Source: an uncultured Candidatus Binatia bacterium
GTDB lineage: Bacteria; Desulfobacterota; Binatia; UBA9968; JAJDTQ01
Reading direction: 5' to 3'
DNA length: 64,000 bases
Assembly (NCBI GenBank): GCA_965242525.1
Contig: OZ251459.1
Span: forward strand, 3,353,515-3,417,514
The position numbers were made by a program, and so were the translations under genes. The notes under the pieces are model-generated. The model saw only the letters and a list, made by a program, of their open reading frames with translations. It was not told where the DNA came from and searched no databases. Each line of letters opens with the position of its first letter. Position 1 is the stretch's first letter. Positions 44,945 to 55,494 of this stretch are shown piece after piece.

Positions 44945-45745
44945 ATGAGGGATCTCGGACTCCAGGGCAAGGTGGTCCTCATCACCGGCGGCGCCGGGGT
45001 GCTGGGCAGCGCTTTCGCGCAAGGGTTCATCGACCACGGCGCCAGGGTCGCAGTCAACGACCTCAGGGAAGAGAAGGCGCTGGAATGCATCGACCGGCTC
45101 ACCGGCCCGGCCGTGGAGGCCATCCCCGCCCCTGGCGACGTGTCGGACGACGCCGACGTGGCGCGGATGGCGACGGGGGTGGTGGAACGCTACGGCGCCA
45201 TCGACGTGCTGGTCAACGCCGCGGCCGTGCAGATCTATCCGCCCAAGACCCTGAGCGAGATGGAGCCCGGCGAGTGGGACTTCGTGCTGGACATCTGCCT
45301 CAAGGCCGCCTACCTGTGCGCGCGCCACGTGGCGCCGGTGATGAAACGGCAGGGAGCCGGCAAGATCGTCAACATCGCGTCCATCGCCGGTCACCGGGGC
45401 ACGGCCGGAGGCTCGGCCTACAGCGCGGCCAAGGGCGGAGTGGTGATGCTCACCCGGCAGATGGCCGTGGAACTGGGGCCGGACAACATCAACGTGAACT
45501 CCGTGAGTCCGGGCTTCACGCCCAACCGCCTCACCACCGTTTACGAGTACGAGGCCCTGTCCAAGGGCGAGGGGAGGGGGCCCGAGCCTTCCCACGCCGC
45601 AGGCGAGTTCACCCCGCCGGCGCTGGGAAGGAAGGGCGAGGTCGAGGACTTCGTGGGTCCGGTGCTGTTCCTCGCCTCCCGCTGGGCCGACTACATCACC
45701 GGCGCCGACCTGCCCGTGGAGGGAGGCCGCATGGCCGCCCGGTAA
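44945..45745 (+). CDS. SDR-family oxidoreductase.
   Basis: TGGAGVLG Rossmann motif and catalytic S...YSAAK. Confidence 0.8.
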   Translation: MRDLGLQGKVVLITGGAGVLGSAFAQGFIDHGARVAVNDLREEKALECIDRLTGPAVEAIPAPGDVSDDADVARMATGVVERYGAIDVLVNAAAVQIYPPKTLSEMEPGEWDFVLDICLKAAYLCARHVAPVMKRQGAGKIVNIASIAGHRGTAGGSAYSAAKGGVVMLTRQMAVELGPDNINVNSVSPGFTPNRLTTVYEYEALSKGEGRGPEPSHAAGEFTPPALGRKGEVEDFVGPVLFLASRWADYITGADLPVEGGRMAAR

Positions 45746-45863
45746 CGCCCGCGGGAAGGGCCTCCACTGCCGCGGTACGGCTCCGCACGCGCCGACGCTT
45801 GCCCACATGCGCGGCCAACTGTTAGATTGGCTGCTGACCCTTCCCCCAACGTCGTCCCTCCGG

Positions 45864-45939
<76 letters not shown>

Positions 45940-46141
45940 GCCTTTTCCGTTACTTGGTCCGAACTTCTCGAGTGGTGACGAGGTAACTGATCGATTTGAC
46001 CAAGTTTCATGCTGGGGGGTCACTGCTGTCCGGGATATTTCTCGTCAGTGTGCCGTAACCTGTCGTAGTCAAAGGGGAAAGCCTTCATTTGGGCTGTCAC
46101 CGACTTGAACGGCGCCAAGGATTCGAAGCACCCTCTTCCAT

Positions 46142-46190
46142 GGAGACGAGCGCGCCCTTCGACTCCGCTTCGCTACGCTCAGGACGAACG
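46142..46190. repeat. RepA (inverted copy).
   Basis: GCGCGCCCTTCGACTCCGCTTCGCTACGCTCAGGACGAACGGGG. Confidence 0.8.
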
Positions 46191-46219
46191 GGGATGGAAG
46201 GTCACGTGAGGGAACGCCC

Positions 46220-47916
46220 TCAACCACGGTTCGATTTTTCGTCGGCAAGCCCGTATGTCTCCCGGGCCTGCCGTCGTGACACGTATCCGTCCTCGACGTC
46301 CTGGCGCACGAGTTCCGGGGGACGTTCCCGGGGGTTGCCGTAACCGCCGCCTCCGCTGCGGAAGACGGCGAGTCTGGCGCCGGCCCGCAGCGACCGGGTT
46401 TCCAGGATATCGACTTCGGACGGCTCTTCGCCCGGTTGCTGGATCGTGGTCCTGGAGGTGGGCGGGCCTCCGCCGCCGTTCAGGCCCCATGACGCCTGTC
46501 GATGGTTTGCCGAGCGCACCGTGAGCATGCAGTCGGACAGGAACTCGTACTCGCGGACGAACCCGGCGCCGCCGCGCCAGCGCCCGGGGCCGGCCGAGTC
46601 CGGCCAGATCTCGTAACGGCGGACGGTAACGGGATATTCCGTCTCCAGGATCTCCACCGGCGTGCCGGGGGCGAAATGGTTGACCGGCATCACGATGGAC
46701 GCTCCGTCATGGTCGCGGGTGCCGCCCAGCGAGGTGATCAGGATCTCGTACTGGACGGTGGGCCGGCCCGAACGGCCTTCCCCGTAGCCGACGGCAATGG
46801 CGCCGGCGCCCAGGCCGGAGGGGGCCACCGCCCGGCGGGGGTTGAAGCGTCCGACCGCGGCGAGGACGCAGTTATAGACCAAGTGGGACGTGGGAAAGTA
46901 GTGGTTGACGGTTGCCGGGAAACGGGGGCTCAGCACGAGCCCCGGCGGCATCTCGAACTCGACGGCCTCGAACGCGCCCGCGTTCATGGGGATGCTCGGG
47001 TCCGACGCCGCCAGGACCGCTTGCATGGAGACCGCCCGAGCCGTTACCCCCGTCGTGTTCACGGGTCCGGGGGCCTGGGGGTCGCTGCCGGAGAAGTCGA
47101 GGGTCAACCGCTCCCCGGCCTTGACGGCCCGGACATGCACCCGCACTGGCCTGGACCGGTCCGCGCCGTCGTGGTCCAGGAACCCTTCCGCCTCGAACTC
47201 CCCGTCCGGCCATGAGGCGATCTCGCTGCGGACCCGGTTCGTCGTGCGCGTCAGCAGTTCCTCGACAGCGCCGAGCAGGGTGTCCGCGCCGTATTCGCGC
47301 AGCAGCGCCTGGAACCGGCTGGCCCCGAGCCTCGTGGCCCCCACCTGTCCGCGCAGGTCGCCGAGCACCACGTCCGGAATGCGGCTGTTGTTGCGAAGGA
47401 TCGCCTCCACCTCGGGCTGTACTCCCTCGGACGTGGCGAACCGCACCGGCGGCAGCAGGATCCCGTCGTGGAAGATCTCGCGCGCGGCGGCACCGCTCGA
47501 CCCCGGCACAAGGCCGCCGACGTCGGCCTTGTGGGCCACGCTGACGCCGAAAGCCACCACCCTGCCCTCGTGGAAAGCCGGCGTCGCCACGACCATGTCG
47601 GGCACATGGCTGTTCCCCGCCTTGTAGGGATCGTTGGAAACGAACGAATCCCCTTCGCTCATGTCCGCCGCCGGATAGCGTTCCAGGACGCCGGCCACCG
47701 ACTGCGAATACAGCAGGGAATGGTATTGGAGGCCTCCGCCCACCATGATTACCCGGCCGTCGCGGTCGGTCAGCCCGGCGGTGCCGTCCTGGGACTCGCG
47801 CAGGATCGGCGAGTAGCCGCTGTGGAACAGCGCGTGCGCCATGGACGCGGTGACCTCCCGCAGCCGGCTCAGCACGACCTCGATGGTGATGGGATCCAGG
47901 CTCATGACGCCCTCTC
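46220..47916 (-). CDS. hyuB: Hydantoinase B / 5-oxoprolinase-family subunit.
   Basis: MSLDPITIEVVLSRL... Hydantoinase_B family throughout. ATG at 47916; track ORF 46220..49408 is a run-on through hyuA antisense frames. Confidence 0.8.
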
Positions 47917-49971
47917 GATGACCAGGTTGCCGAAACCATCGACGGTGGCCTGCTGCGATTCGGGCACCACCGTCGTCGCATCCGGTTGTTCGATTACGGC
48001 AGGCCCGTGGATCCGGTCGCCCCCCAGCAACCGGCCGCGGTCGAGCACCGCGGCCTCCAGGAACCCTCCGCGCTTCAGGTCGAAAAGCGGTCTCCGGCCG
48101 ATGACGGCGTTTTCGACGTTTCCGTCCCCCGCTTCCACGGGCGGCGGAGTGAGCCGCGGCACAGCGATCTCGACCAGGAGCCGGAACGTGACGATTTCGG
48201 CGTCCTCGTCTTCGGCGCTCACGCCGTACACCGCGCCATGGCGTTGGTCGAAGCGCGCCTTGAGGTCGGCCTTGTCCGCTTCCACCATCTCCCGGTCCGG
48301 ACAATCGATGGACAGGTCGTACCCCTGGTGCAGGTAGCGCATGTCCACCTGCCGCCGGAACACCGCCTCCGAGAGGTCGAAACGCTCCTCCCGGACGTCC
48401 TCCACGGCCCGGAGGCGCAACTCCTCGAACCGCCGGTTCATGCGTCGGACGTCGTAACCGCTCACCAGGCCGAGGTCCGATTGCAGGTAGAGATGCCGGA
48501 CCCTGGTCTGGAGCAGCCCCAGGGCGCTGTTGAGGCCGGGGTTCGGCGGCGCCAGGACCGCGGGTATCCGGAGTTCCTCGGCCAGCAGGCCCGCGTGGAG
48601 CGGTCCCGCGCCGCCGAAGGCCACCAGGACGAAGTCGCGCGGATCCACGCCGCGGTATTGCAGCGCAAGCCTGAGCTCCACCGACATGTGGTTGTTGACG
48701 ATCCTGAGGACCCCGGCCGCTGCCTGCACCACGTCGAGACCCAGCGGTTCGGCCAAGCCCGTGCGAACGGCCGCCTCCGCCCTGGACCGATCCAGCCGCA
48801 GCCGCCCGCCGAGGGCGCTGCTGTCCCCGAGGGCCCCCAGCAGGAGGTTGGCGTCGGTCACCGTCGGCAGCTCGCCGCCCCTGCCGTAGCAGGCCGGCCC
48901 CGGGTCCGCGCCCGAACTCCGCGGTCCGACCTTCATCAGGCCGTCCTTTCCGATCCAGGCGATGGCGCCGCCTCCCGCCCCCAGGGTGTGGACGGCCAGC
49001 ATCGGCGTCGCGAGGTCCTGCCCCGCGACCCGGCCCGCGGTGGTCTCCTCGGACCGCCCGTCGCGGATCACGCTGATGTCGGTGGAAGTGCCGCCCATGT
49101 CGAAGGTGACCAGGTTCTTGCGTCCCAGGAGCGCGGCCAGCTCGATGCCGGACACGACCCCGGCCGCGGGTCCCGAGAGCAGCGTCTGGTTGGGATAGCG
49201 GGCTCCGACGTTCATGCGCATCAGGCCGCCGTTGGACTGCATGAGGAAGATCTGCGGGGTCTCGACCCCGGCGGCGCGCAGCCTGTCCACCAGCCGCAGC
49301 AGGTAGGTTTCCATGGACCTGCCCACGAAGGCGTCGATGACCGTGGTGGAAAGGCGCGGGTATTCGCGGATGGTGGGCAGGATGCGCGACGATACCGACA
49401 CGCGCCACTCCGGCGCCATCTCGGCCACGAGCGCCGCGGTCCTCTCCTCGTGCTCGGGGTTTCGGAAACTGAACAGGAAGTTGACGGCGACCGCCTCGAC
49501 TTGCTTCTCCTTCAGCCGCGCAATCGCCCGTCTGGCGTCGTCCTCGTCGAGGGGCGTCCGCACGTTGCCGAGGTAGTCCAGGCGCTCGGTGACCTCTTCG
49601 GTCAGCGATTGCGGCGCCAACAGCGGCGGTTTGACGTAGTAGGGATCCGCCAGGTCCTCCGGCGCCGGCTGCGACCAGCCGCGCCCTTCATAGACCGCCC
49701 GGAAGCCGCGGGTGATCAGCAGGCCCGTGCGCGCGCCCCGGTTTTCCAGGATGGCGTTGGTGGCCACCGTGGTGCCGTGCACCAGGAACTCGATCCCGCC
49801 CGGCTCGACCCCGGAGCGGAACAGCTCGTCGAGGGCGTTCATCACCGCGGCCGACGGATCCTCCGGCATCGAGGGGACCTTGGCGGTCCGCCGTTCGCCG
49901 GTGGCGGGGTCGAACGCGATCAGGTCGGTGAACGAGCCTCCGGTATCGATGCCGACCATCCACGACGTCAT
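47902..49971 (-). CDS. hyuA: Hydantoinase A / N-methylhydantoinase A-family subunit.
   Basis: MVGIDTGGSFTDL (Hydant_A_N) and the ASKHA-fold hydantoinase domain. Confidence 0.8.
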   Translation of the reverse strand: MTSWMVGIDTGGSFTDLIAFDPATGERRTAKVPSMPEDPSAAVMNALDELFRSGVEPGGIEFLVHGTTVATNAILENRGARTGLLITRGFRAVYEGRGWSQPAPEDLADPYYVKPPLLAPQSLTEEVTERLDYLGNVRTPLDEDDARRAIARLKEKQVEAVAVNFLFSFRNPEHEERTAALVAEMAPEWRVSVSSRILPTIREYPRLSTTVIDAFVGRSMETYLLRLVDRLRAAGVETPQIFLMQSNGGLMRMNVGARYPNQTLLSGPAAGVVSGIELAALLGRKNLVTFDMGGTSTDISVIRDGRSEETTAGRVAGQDLATPMLAVHTLGAGGGAIAWIGKDGLMKVGPRSSGADPGPACYGRGGELPTVTDANLLLGALGDSSALGGRLRLDRSRAEAAVRTGLAEPLGLDVVQAAAGVLRIVNNHMSVELRLALQYRGVDPRDFVLVAFGGAGPLHAGLLAEELRIPAVLAPPNPGLNSALGLLQTRVRHLYLQSDLGLVSGYDVRRMNRRFEELRLRAVEDVREERFDLSEAVFRRQVDMRYLHQGYDLSIDCPDREMVEADKADLKARFDQRHGAVYGVSAEDEDAEIVTFRLLVEIAVPRLTPPPVEAGDGNVENAVIGRRPLFDLKRGGFLEAAVLDRGRLLGGDRIHGPAVIEQPDATTVVPESQQATVDGFGNLVIERAS

Positions 49972-50011
49972 GGCGACCTCCGAGACGATTGGCCCGCGCC
50001 GGCCCGGTGCG

Positions 50012-51016
50012 TTAACGCGAAAGGTCCACTACCACGCGCCCGCGGACCTTGCCCGCGAGGATGCGCTCGACGTGGGCGTCGAGCTCCTCCAGGGAGCAGT
50101 CGATGGCCACCGCGTCGAGTCGGGGCAGCTTCCATTCCGCGGCCATCTTCCGCCACAGCACGGTGCGGACGTCCACGGGGCAGTCCGGGGTGGCCACGCC
50201 GATGAGGCGCACGTCCCGGAGGATGAAGGGGAAGACCGTGGTGGGCAGGTCCGCGGAGGCCGCGTTGCCGCAGCAGGTGACCACGCCGCCGTACCTGGTG
50301 GACTTGAGCGCGGTGGCCAGGATGTTGCCCCCCACCGTGTCCACCACCCCGGCCCACAGGCCCTTGGACAGGGGCCGTCCCGACCGGTCGTCCACCGCCT
50401 CCCGGGAGATGACTTCGGCGGCCCCTAGGTCCGTGAGGAAGTCCTTCTCCGCTTCCTTGCCGGTGGAGGCCACCACCCGGTAGCCGGCCCGGGCCAGTAT
50501 GCCCACCGCCAGACAGCCCACGCCGCCGGTGGCCCCGGTCACCAGGACGTCGCCCGAACCCGGCTCGACCCCGGATTCCCGAAGCCGCAGCACGGACAGG
50601 GCCGCGGTGAAGCCCGCGGTGCCATAGACCATGCTTTCCCTGAGGGTGAGGCCGTCGGGGCGTTTCACCGCCCAGGCCCCGGGCACGCGCACGTACTCGG
50701 CAAAGCCGCCGTCGGTGTTCGCGCCGAGGTCGAAGCCCGTGAGCACCACCTCGTCGCCCTTGGCGAAGCCGCCGACCCGGCTCTCCGCCACCGTGCCCGC
50801 GGCGTCGATGCCCGGGGTGTGCGGGTAGTTGCGGGTCACGCCCTTGTTGCCGGACGCCGAGAGCGCGTCCTTGTAGTTGAGGGAGGACCAGGCCACCGCC
50901 ACCAGCAGGTCCCCGTCCGGCAGGTCGTCCACCGTCCTTTGGCTGACGGCGCGGGTGAAGGTCTTGTCCTCGTTCTCGCTCACGACCATGGCTCGGAAGC
51001 GCTTGGGGTCCGGCAT
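50012..51016 (-). CDS. YhdH/AcuI-family NADPH:quinone (acrylyl-CoA) oxidoreductase (MDR superfamily).
   Basis: MDR fold with the YhdH-specific N-terminus (VAWSSLNYKDAL) and cofactor site GATGGVG. Confidence 0.75.
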   Translation of the reverse strand: MPDPKRFRAMVVSENEDKTFTRAVSQRTVDDLPDGDLLVAVAWSSLNYKDALSASGNKGVTRNYPHTPGIDAAGTVAESRVGGFAKGDEVVLTGFDLGANTDGGFAEYVRVPGAWAVKRPDGLTLRESMVYGTAGFTAALSVLRLRESGVEPGSGDVLVTGATGGVGCLAVGILARAGYRVVASTGKEAEKDFLTDLGAAEVISREAVDDRSGRPLSKGLWAGVVDTVGGNILATALKSTRYGGVVTCCGNAASADLPTTVFPFILRDVRLIGVATPDCPVDVRTVLWRKMAAEWKLPRLDAVAIDCSLEELDAHVERILAGKVRGRVVVDLSR

Positions 51017-51063
51017 GATGGGGTCTCCTTTCGGCTAGGTATCGGATCCGTCCGGGGCGGCGC

Positions 51064-53361
51064 TCAACTCGCGCGCCGGCGCTCCTGCAGGCGCTGCCAC
51101 ACCTTGGGGGGCGACAGCGGCAGGTCGCAGATGCGCAGGTCCACGGCGTCGTCCACCGCCGCGGCAATGGCGGACGCGGCCGGCAGCACGCCGCCCTCGC
51201 CCATGCCCTTGGCGCCGAACGGCCCGGGGCCGTTGCCGCTTTCCACCAGCTCGGAGACGAAGCTCTCCGGCAGGTCGTGGAAGGCGGGCACGCGGTAGTC
51301 GATGAGGTTGGGGTTCAGGAGCTGGCCGTCCTCATAGACCATCTCTTCCAGCAGGGTGTGGCCCAGGCCGAACAACACGCCGCCTTCGTCCTGGCCCTCG
51401 CACTGCAACGGGTTGATGGCCCGTCCCACGTCCGCCATGGACACGTACTTGAGGATGCGGATGACGCCGGTGTCCGGGTCCACCTCCAACTCGACTCCGC
51501 CCCAGCCCACTTCCCAGAAGGTGGTGGGGGATCCCAGCACCGCGGTCTTGCTCTTCCTGTCCCGGTAAACCCCCCGCCCCACGATCTCGGTGGCGGAGCT
51601 GCCGAAGTACTCGGCGATGACTTGGCCGTAGGGCACGCCCCGGCCCTTGCCGCCGCGCACCCGGCCGCCCTTGAGGGTGAGCCGGTCGGCCTTCTCGCCC
51701 GTGACCCTGGCCGCGGCCCGCAGCAACTGCTTCTTCACGTCCCGGGCCGCCCGCTGGGTCGCCAGCCCCATGACGGTCATGGAGCTGCTGGCGCTGGTGG
51801 ACACGTCGAAGGGCGTCACGTCCGTGTCCAACTGGGCCACGGACACCTGCTCCAGGGCGATGCCCAGCTCTTCCGCCACCACTTGGCTGAGGGCGGTGCG
51901 GCAGCCCTGTCCCACCTCCACGCTGCCGGTGAGCAGCACCGCGCTGCCGTCCGAGGACATCTTCACGGTGGCGCCGGCCACCTTGTAGGTGCCGCCCGCG
52001 TCCTTCATGCACACGCTCAGCCCCTTGCCCACGTTGGGCCGGGACGCCTTCTTCCAGTCCAGCGCCCTGGCCACCTTGCGCAGCCCCTGCTTCAGGTCGC
52101 AGTCCACCGGGGTGTCGCCGGGGGTGTAGGCCTCGCCCTTGTCCAGCAGGTTCCCGAGGCGGAAGTCCAGGGGGTCCATGCCGAGCCGCTTGGCGATCAT
52201 GTCCATCTGCGACTCGTAGGCCCAGGCCACCTGGACCGCGCCGAAGCCGCGGAAGGCCCCCGCGGGCACCGTGTTGCTATAGACGCCGTGGGCGTCGATC
52301 TTCACGTGGGCGACCCGGTACGGCCCCACCGCGCGGTACCCGGCCTTCTGGGTCACCCGGGGCCCGGCGTCGGCGTAGGCGCCGGTGTCCATGTAGATCT
52401 CCAACTCCCGCGCCACCAGCTTGCCCTTCCCGCTGACGCCGGTCTTGATGCGGATGCGCGCCGGATGGCGGGTCACGGTCTTGAAGCTCTCGTTGACGCT
52501 GAGGGCCAGCTTGACCGGGCGGCGGGTCCTCACGGACAGGGCCGCGGCAATGGGGTCCGCCTTGACGTAGAGTTTGCCGCCGTAGCCGCCGCCCACGTAG
52601 GGCACCACCACGCGCACCCGGTTGAGGGGCAGCCTGAAGATCCCGGCCAAGTGGCCCCGCAGCGTGAACGGGTCCTGGCACGAGCTCCACACCGTCAAAC
52701 GGTCGCCGTCGTAATGGGCGATGCAGATATGGGGCTCCAGCGAGTAGTGCTGGACCTTGGAGAACCGGAAGACGTCCTCGAACACGTGGTCGGAGCGGGC
52801 GAAGCCGTCCTCCACGTTCCCCCGTGCGTAGCCGAAGTGGTAGCACACGTTGGTGCCCTCGAAGCGCGCAGGCGCGCCGTACCGGGAGCCGCGCAACTCG
52901 GCCTTGGCCACCTCGGCGTCGTGCACCAGCGGCGCCCCCGGCGCCAGAGCGTCGTCCACCGTGTCCACGAACGGAAGCTCCTCGTACTCCACGTCGATGA
53001 GCTCCAGGGCCTCCTCGGCCGTCGTCTCGTCCGCGGACAGCACCGCGGCCACCGGGTCGCCCACGTAGCGGACCTTGTCCACGGCCACCACGGACTGGTC
53101 CTTGTAGGTGGCGCCGTACCGGTAGTCGAGGCCGCCCAGGTCGTCGCGCGTGAGCACGTCGATGACCCCCGGCAAGGCCCTGGCCCGGCTGGCGTCCACC
53201 TTAAGGATGCGGGCGTGGGGCAGGGGGCTTCTCAGGATCCTGGCGTAGGCCATTCCCGGAAGCTCCAGGTCCCCGGTGTAGAACGCCTTGCCCGACACCT
53301 TCTCCACCGCGTCGAGCCGCACGGCGGCGCGCCCGGCCACTGACAGTCTGGGTTTTTTCAT
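51064..53361 (-). CDS. Orphan xanthine dehydrogenase-family Mo-binding large subunit, 765 aa.
   Basis: Ald_Xan_dh_C and C2 domains (VPYVGGGYGGKL; GEGGVLPAASAIAAAV). No adjacent S/M subunit genes. Confidence 0.8.
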   Translation of the reverse strand: MKKPRLSVAGRAAVRLDAVEKVSGKAFYTGDLELPGMAYARILRSPLPHARILKVDASRARALPGVIDVLTRDDLGGLDYRYGATYKDQSVVAVDKVRYVGDPVAAVLSADETTAEEALELIDVEYEELPFVDTVDDALAPGAPLVHDAEVAKAELRGSRYGAPARFEGTNVCYHFGYARGNVEDGFARSDHVFEDVFRFSKVQHYSLEPHICIAHYDGDRLTVWSSCQDPFTLRGHLAGIFRLPLNRVRVVVPYVGGGYGGKLYVKADPIAAALSVRTRRPVKLALSVNESFKTVTRHPARIRIKTGVSGKGKLVARELEIYMDTGAYADAGPRVTQKAGYRAVGPYRVAHVKIDAHGVYSNTVPAGAFRGFGAVQVAWAYESQMDMIAKRLGMDPLDFRLGNLLDKGEAYTPGDTPVDCDLKQGLRKVARALDWKKASRPNVGKGLSVCMKDAGGTYKVAGATVKMSSDGSAVLLTGSVEVGQGCRTALSQVVAEELGIALEQVSVAQLDTDVTPFDVSTSASSSMTVMGLATQRAARDVKKQLLRAAARVTGEKADRLTLKGGRVRGGKGRGVPYGQVIAEYFGSSATEIVGRGVYRDRKSKTAVLGSPTTFWEVGWGGVELEVDPDTGVIRILKYVSMADVGRAINPLQCEGQDEGGVLFGLGHTLLEEMVYEDGQLLNPNLIDYRVPAFHDLPESFVSELVESGNGPGPFGAKGMGEGGVLPAASAIAAAVDDAVDLRICDLPLSPPKVWQRLQERRRAS

Positions 53362-53467
53362 GGCGTCTCCGAACTCCCCATTCTCTTAGCCGAAGTTCCA
53401 GGCCCAAGCAACGTCGGGGCGCACCGAGGGCCATGCACGGATCGAGGATCGGGAGACGGACGTTCCG

Positions 53468-55372
53468 TCAGTTCCGGATCCGCAGTTCCCTCAGTTCCTC
53501 GAGTTCCGACCAGCGCTCCACCGTCTCTTCGAGGGCCGCCTTCGCGGTCTCCAACTCGTCCAGCACGGGCCGGACGGCGTCGAAGGGCCGCGCGTAGAAA
53601 TCCGGCTGCCGGGTCTCTTCCTCCAGCGCGGCCACCGCCTTTTCCATGGCCTCGATGCGGTCCGGCAGTCCGTCCAGCTCCAGTTGCAGCTTGTAGCTGA
53701 GCTTGGTCGAGCGGGACCCCGGCTCGCGCGGCTGCCGCGGCGCGTTGCGGGCGGCCTTCCGGTTGGGGTCGTCGGTGACGGCCAGGGCCTTGCCGCGCCT
53801 GGCCCAGTCGGTGTAGCCGCCGGCATGGCGCCGGACCACGCCCGCGTCCTCGAACACCAGGGTGCTGGTGACGCAGTTGTCCAGGAAGCTGCGGTCGTGG
53901 CTCACCACCAGGAGGGTGCCGCGGTAGTCCACGAGCTGCTCCTCCAGCACCTCCAGGGTGTCGATGTCCAGGTCGTTGGTGGGTTCGTCCAGCACCAGCA
54001 GGTTCGCCGGCCGGGTGAGCAGCCGGGCCAGGAGGACGCGGTTGCGCTCGCCGCCGGACAGGGCCGCCACCGGGCTCATGGCCCGCTTGGGAGTGAACAG
54101 GAAACCCTTGAGGTAGCCCACCACGTGGCGCGGCCTGCCGTTCACCACCACGTGGTCGCGGCCGTCCGCCACGGTTTCGGCCACGGTCTTCTGCGGGTCC
54201 AACCGCCGCCGGAGCTGGTCGAAATAGCCGATCTCCAGGTTCGCGCCCACCTCCACGGTCCCCGAATCCGGGGCGATCTCTCCCACGAGGATGCGCAGCA
54301 GGGTGCTCTTGCCCACGCCGTTGTTGCCGATGAGCCCCATGCGGTCGCCGCGCACGATCCGTAGCGAGAGGTTGCGGATCAGCGGCTCGGCGCCGTAGCC
54401 GTGGGTCACGTTGCGGAGCTCCACCACCTTCCGGCCCGACTGCTCCCCGTGCTGGACGCGGATGCGCGCCTGTCCCTGGGGCTTGAGACGCCCGGCGGCC
54501 TGCTCCCGCATGGCCATGAGGGCGCGCACACGGCCTTCGTTGCGGGTCCGGCGCGCCTTGAGGCCCTGCCGGATCCACGCCTCCTCCTGGGCCAGACGCT
54601 TGTCGAACAGGGCGTCGCGCCGGGCGTCCTCGGCCAAGGCCTTCTCCTTGAGGGCGAGGTAGTCGTCGTAGTCGCCGGGCCAGCTCACCAGCCGGGTCCG
54701 GTCGATCTCCACGATCCGGGTGGCCAGCCGCCGCAGGAAGGCGCGGTCGTGGGTGATGAACAGCACGCTGCCCGCGTAGTCGTAGATCCGGTCCTCCAGC
54801 CACCGGATGGTGCTCAGGTCGAGATGGTTGGTGGGCTCGTCGAGCAGCAGCAACTCGGCGTTGCCCACGATGGCCCGGGCCAGCCCTACCCGGCGCCGCC
54901 AACCGCCGGAGAGCTCCCCCAGCCGCATTTCCGCGGGCAGGTCCATCTCGCTCAGGACCGTCTCCACCCGCTGGTCCACGCGCCAACCGCCGTGGGCGTC
55001 GATCTCCCGATGCAACGCCTCCAACTCCAGCAGCCCCTTGCGGTCCAGCGCCTCCCGGGAGCGCCGTTCGTAGAGGTCGATGAGGCCTTGCAGGTCGGCC
55101 AGGCCCGCGGTCACGTATTCCCGCACCGTCCGGCCGAGCTCTTCGGGGAGCGCCTGCTCCAGCTCGCTGATGCGGATGCGGCTCTGGTAACGGACCTCGC
55201 CGCGGTCGGGTTGGAGCCGGCCGGTGATGAGCCGGAGCATGGAGGTCTTGCCCGCGCCGTTGCGCCCGATCAGGCACACCCGCTCCCCCGGCTCGATGGC
55301 GAAGTCGGCATGGGCGAACAACCGCTGGTCGCCCAACTCCAGGGAGACGTCTTCGAGGCTGACGAGAGGCAT
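53468..55372 (-). CDS. ABC-F family ATPase (Uup/EttA-like) with a C-terminal coiled coil.
   Basis: Two ABC cassettes (GRNGAGKTS; GNNGVGKST; LSGG signatures), no TM domain, charged helical C-terminus. Confidence 0.8.
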   Translation of the reverse strand: MPLVSLEDVSLELGDQRLFAHADFAIEPGERVCLIGRNGAGKTSMLRLITGRLQPDRGEVRYQSRIRISELEQALPEELGRTVREYVTAGLADLQGLIDLYERRSREALDRKGLLELEALHREIDAHGGWRVDQRVETVLSEMDLPAEMRLGELSGGWRRRVGLARAIVGNAELLLLDEPTNHLDLSTIRWLEDRIYDYAGSVLFITHDRAFLRRLATRIVEIDRTRLVSWPGDYDDYLALKEKALAEDARRDALFDKRLAQEEAWIRQGLKARRTRNEGRVRALMAMREQAAGRLKPQGQARIRVQHGEQSGRKVVELRNVTHGYGAEPLIRNLSLRIVRGDRMGLIGNNGVGKSTLLRILVGEIAPDSGTVEVGANLEIGYFDQLRRRLDPQKTVAETVADGRDHVVVNGRPRHVVGYLKGFLFTPKRAMSPVAALSGGERNRVLLARLLTRPANLLVLDEPTNDLDIDTLEVLEEQLVDYRGTLLVVSHDRSFLDNCVTSTLVFEDAGVVRRHAGGYTDWARRGKALAVTDDPNRKAARNAPRQPREPGSRSTKLSYKLQLELDGLPDRIEAMEKAVAALEEETRQPDFYARPFDAVRPVLDELETAKAALEETVERWSELEELRELRIRN

Positions 55373-55380
55373 GGGGAATC

Positions 55381-55430
55381 GAAAAGCGCGTCCTTCGACT
55401 TCGCTACGCTACGCTCAGGACGAACGGGGG
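55381..55430. repeat. RepA (inverted copy).
   Basis: GCGCGTCCTTCGACTTCGCTACGCTACGCTCAGGACGAACGGGGG. Confidence 0.8.
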
Positions 55431-55494
55431 ACGTTGTTCGGAATTGCCCCCCGTTCGTAATTTCCCCCGATCGTAAATCCTCGATCCCCGATGC

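Noticed and set aside
45940-46219. Integrated element at tRNA-Thr.
   Set aside because: No integrase, no duplicated tRNA 3' end, and only a RepA copy in the 280-bp gap.
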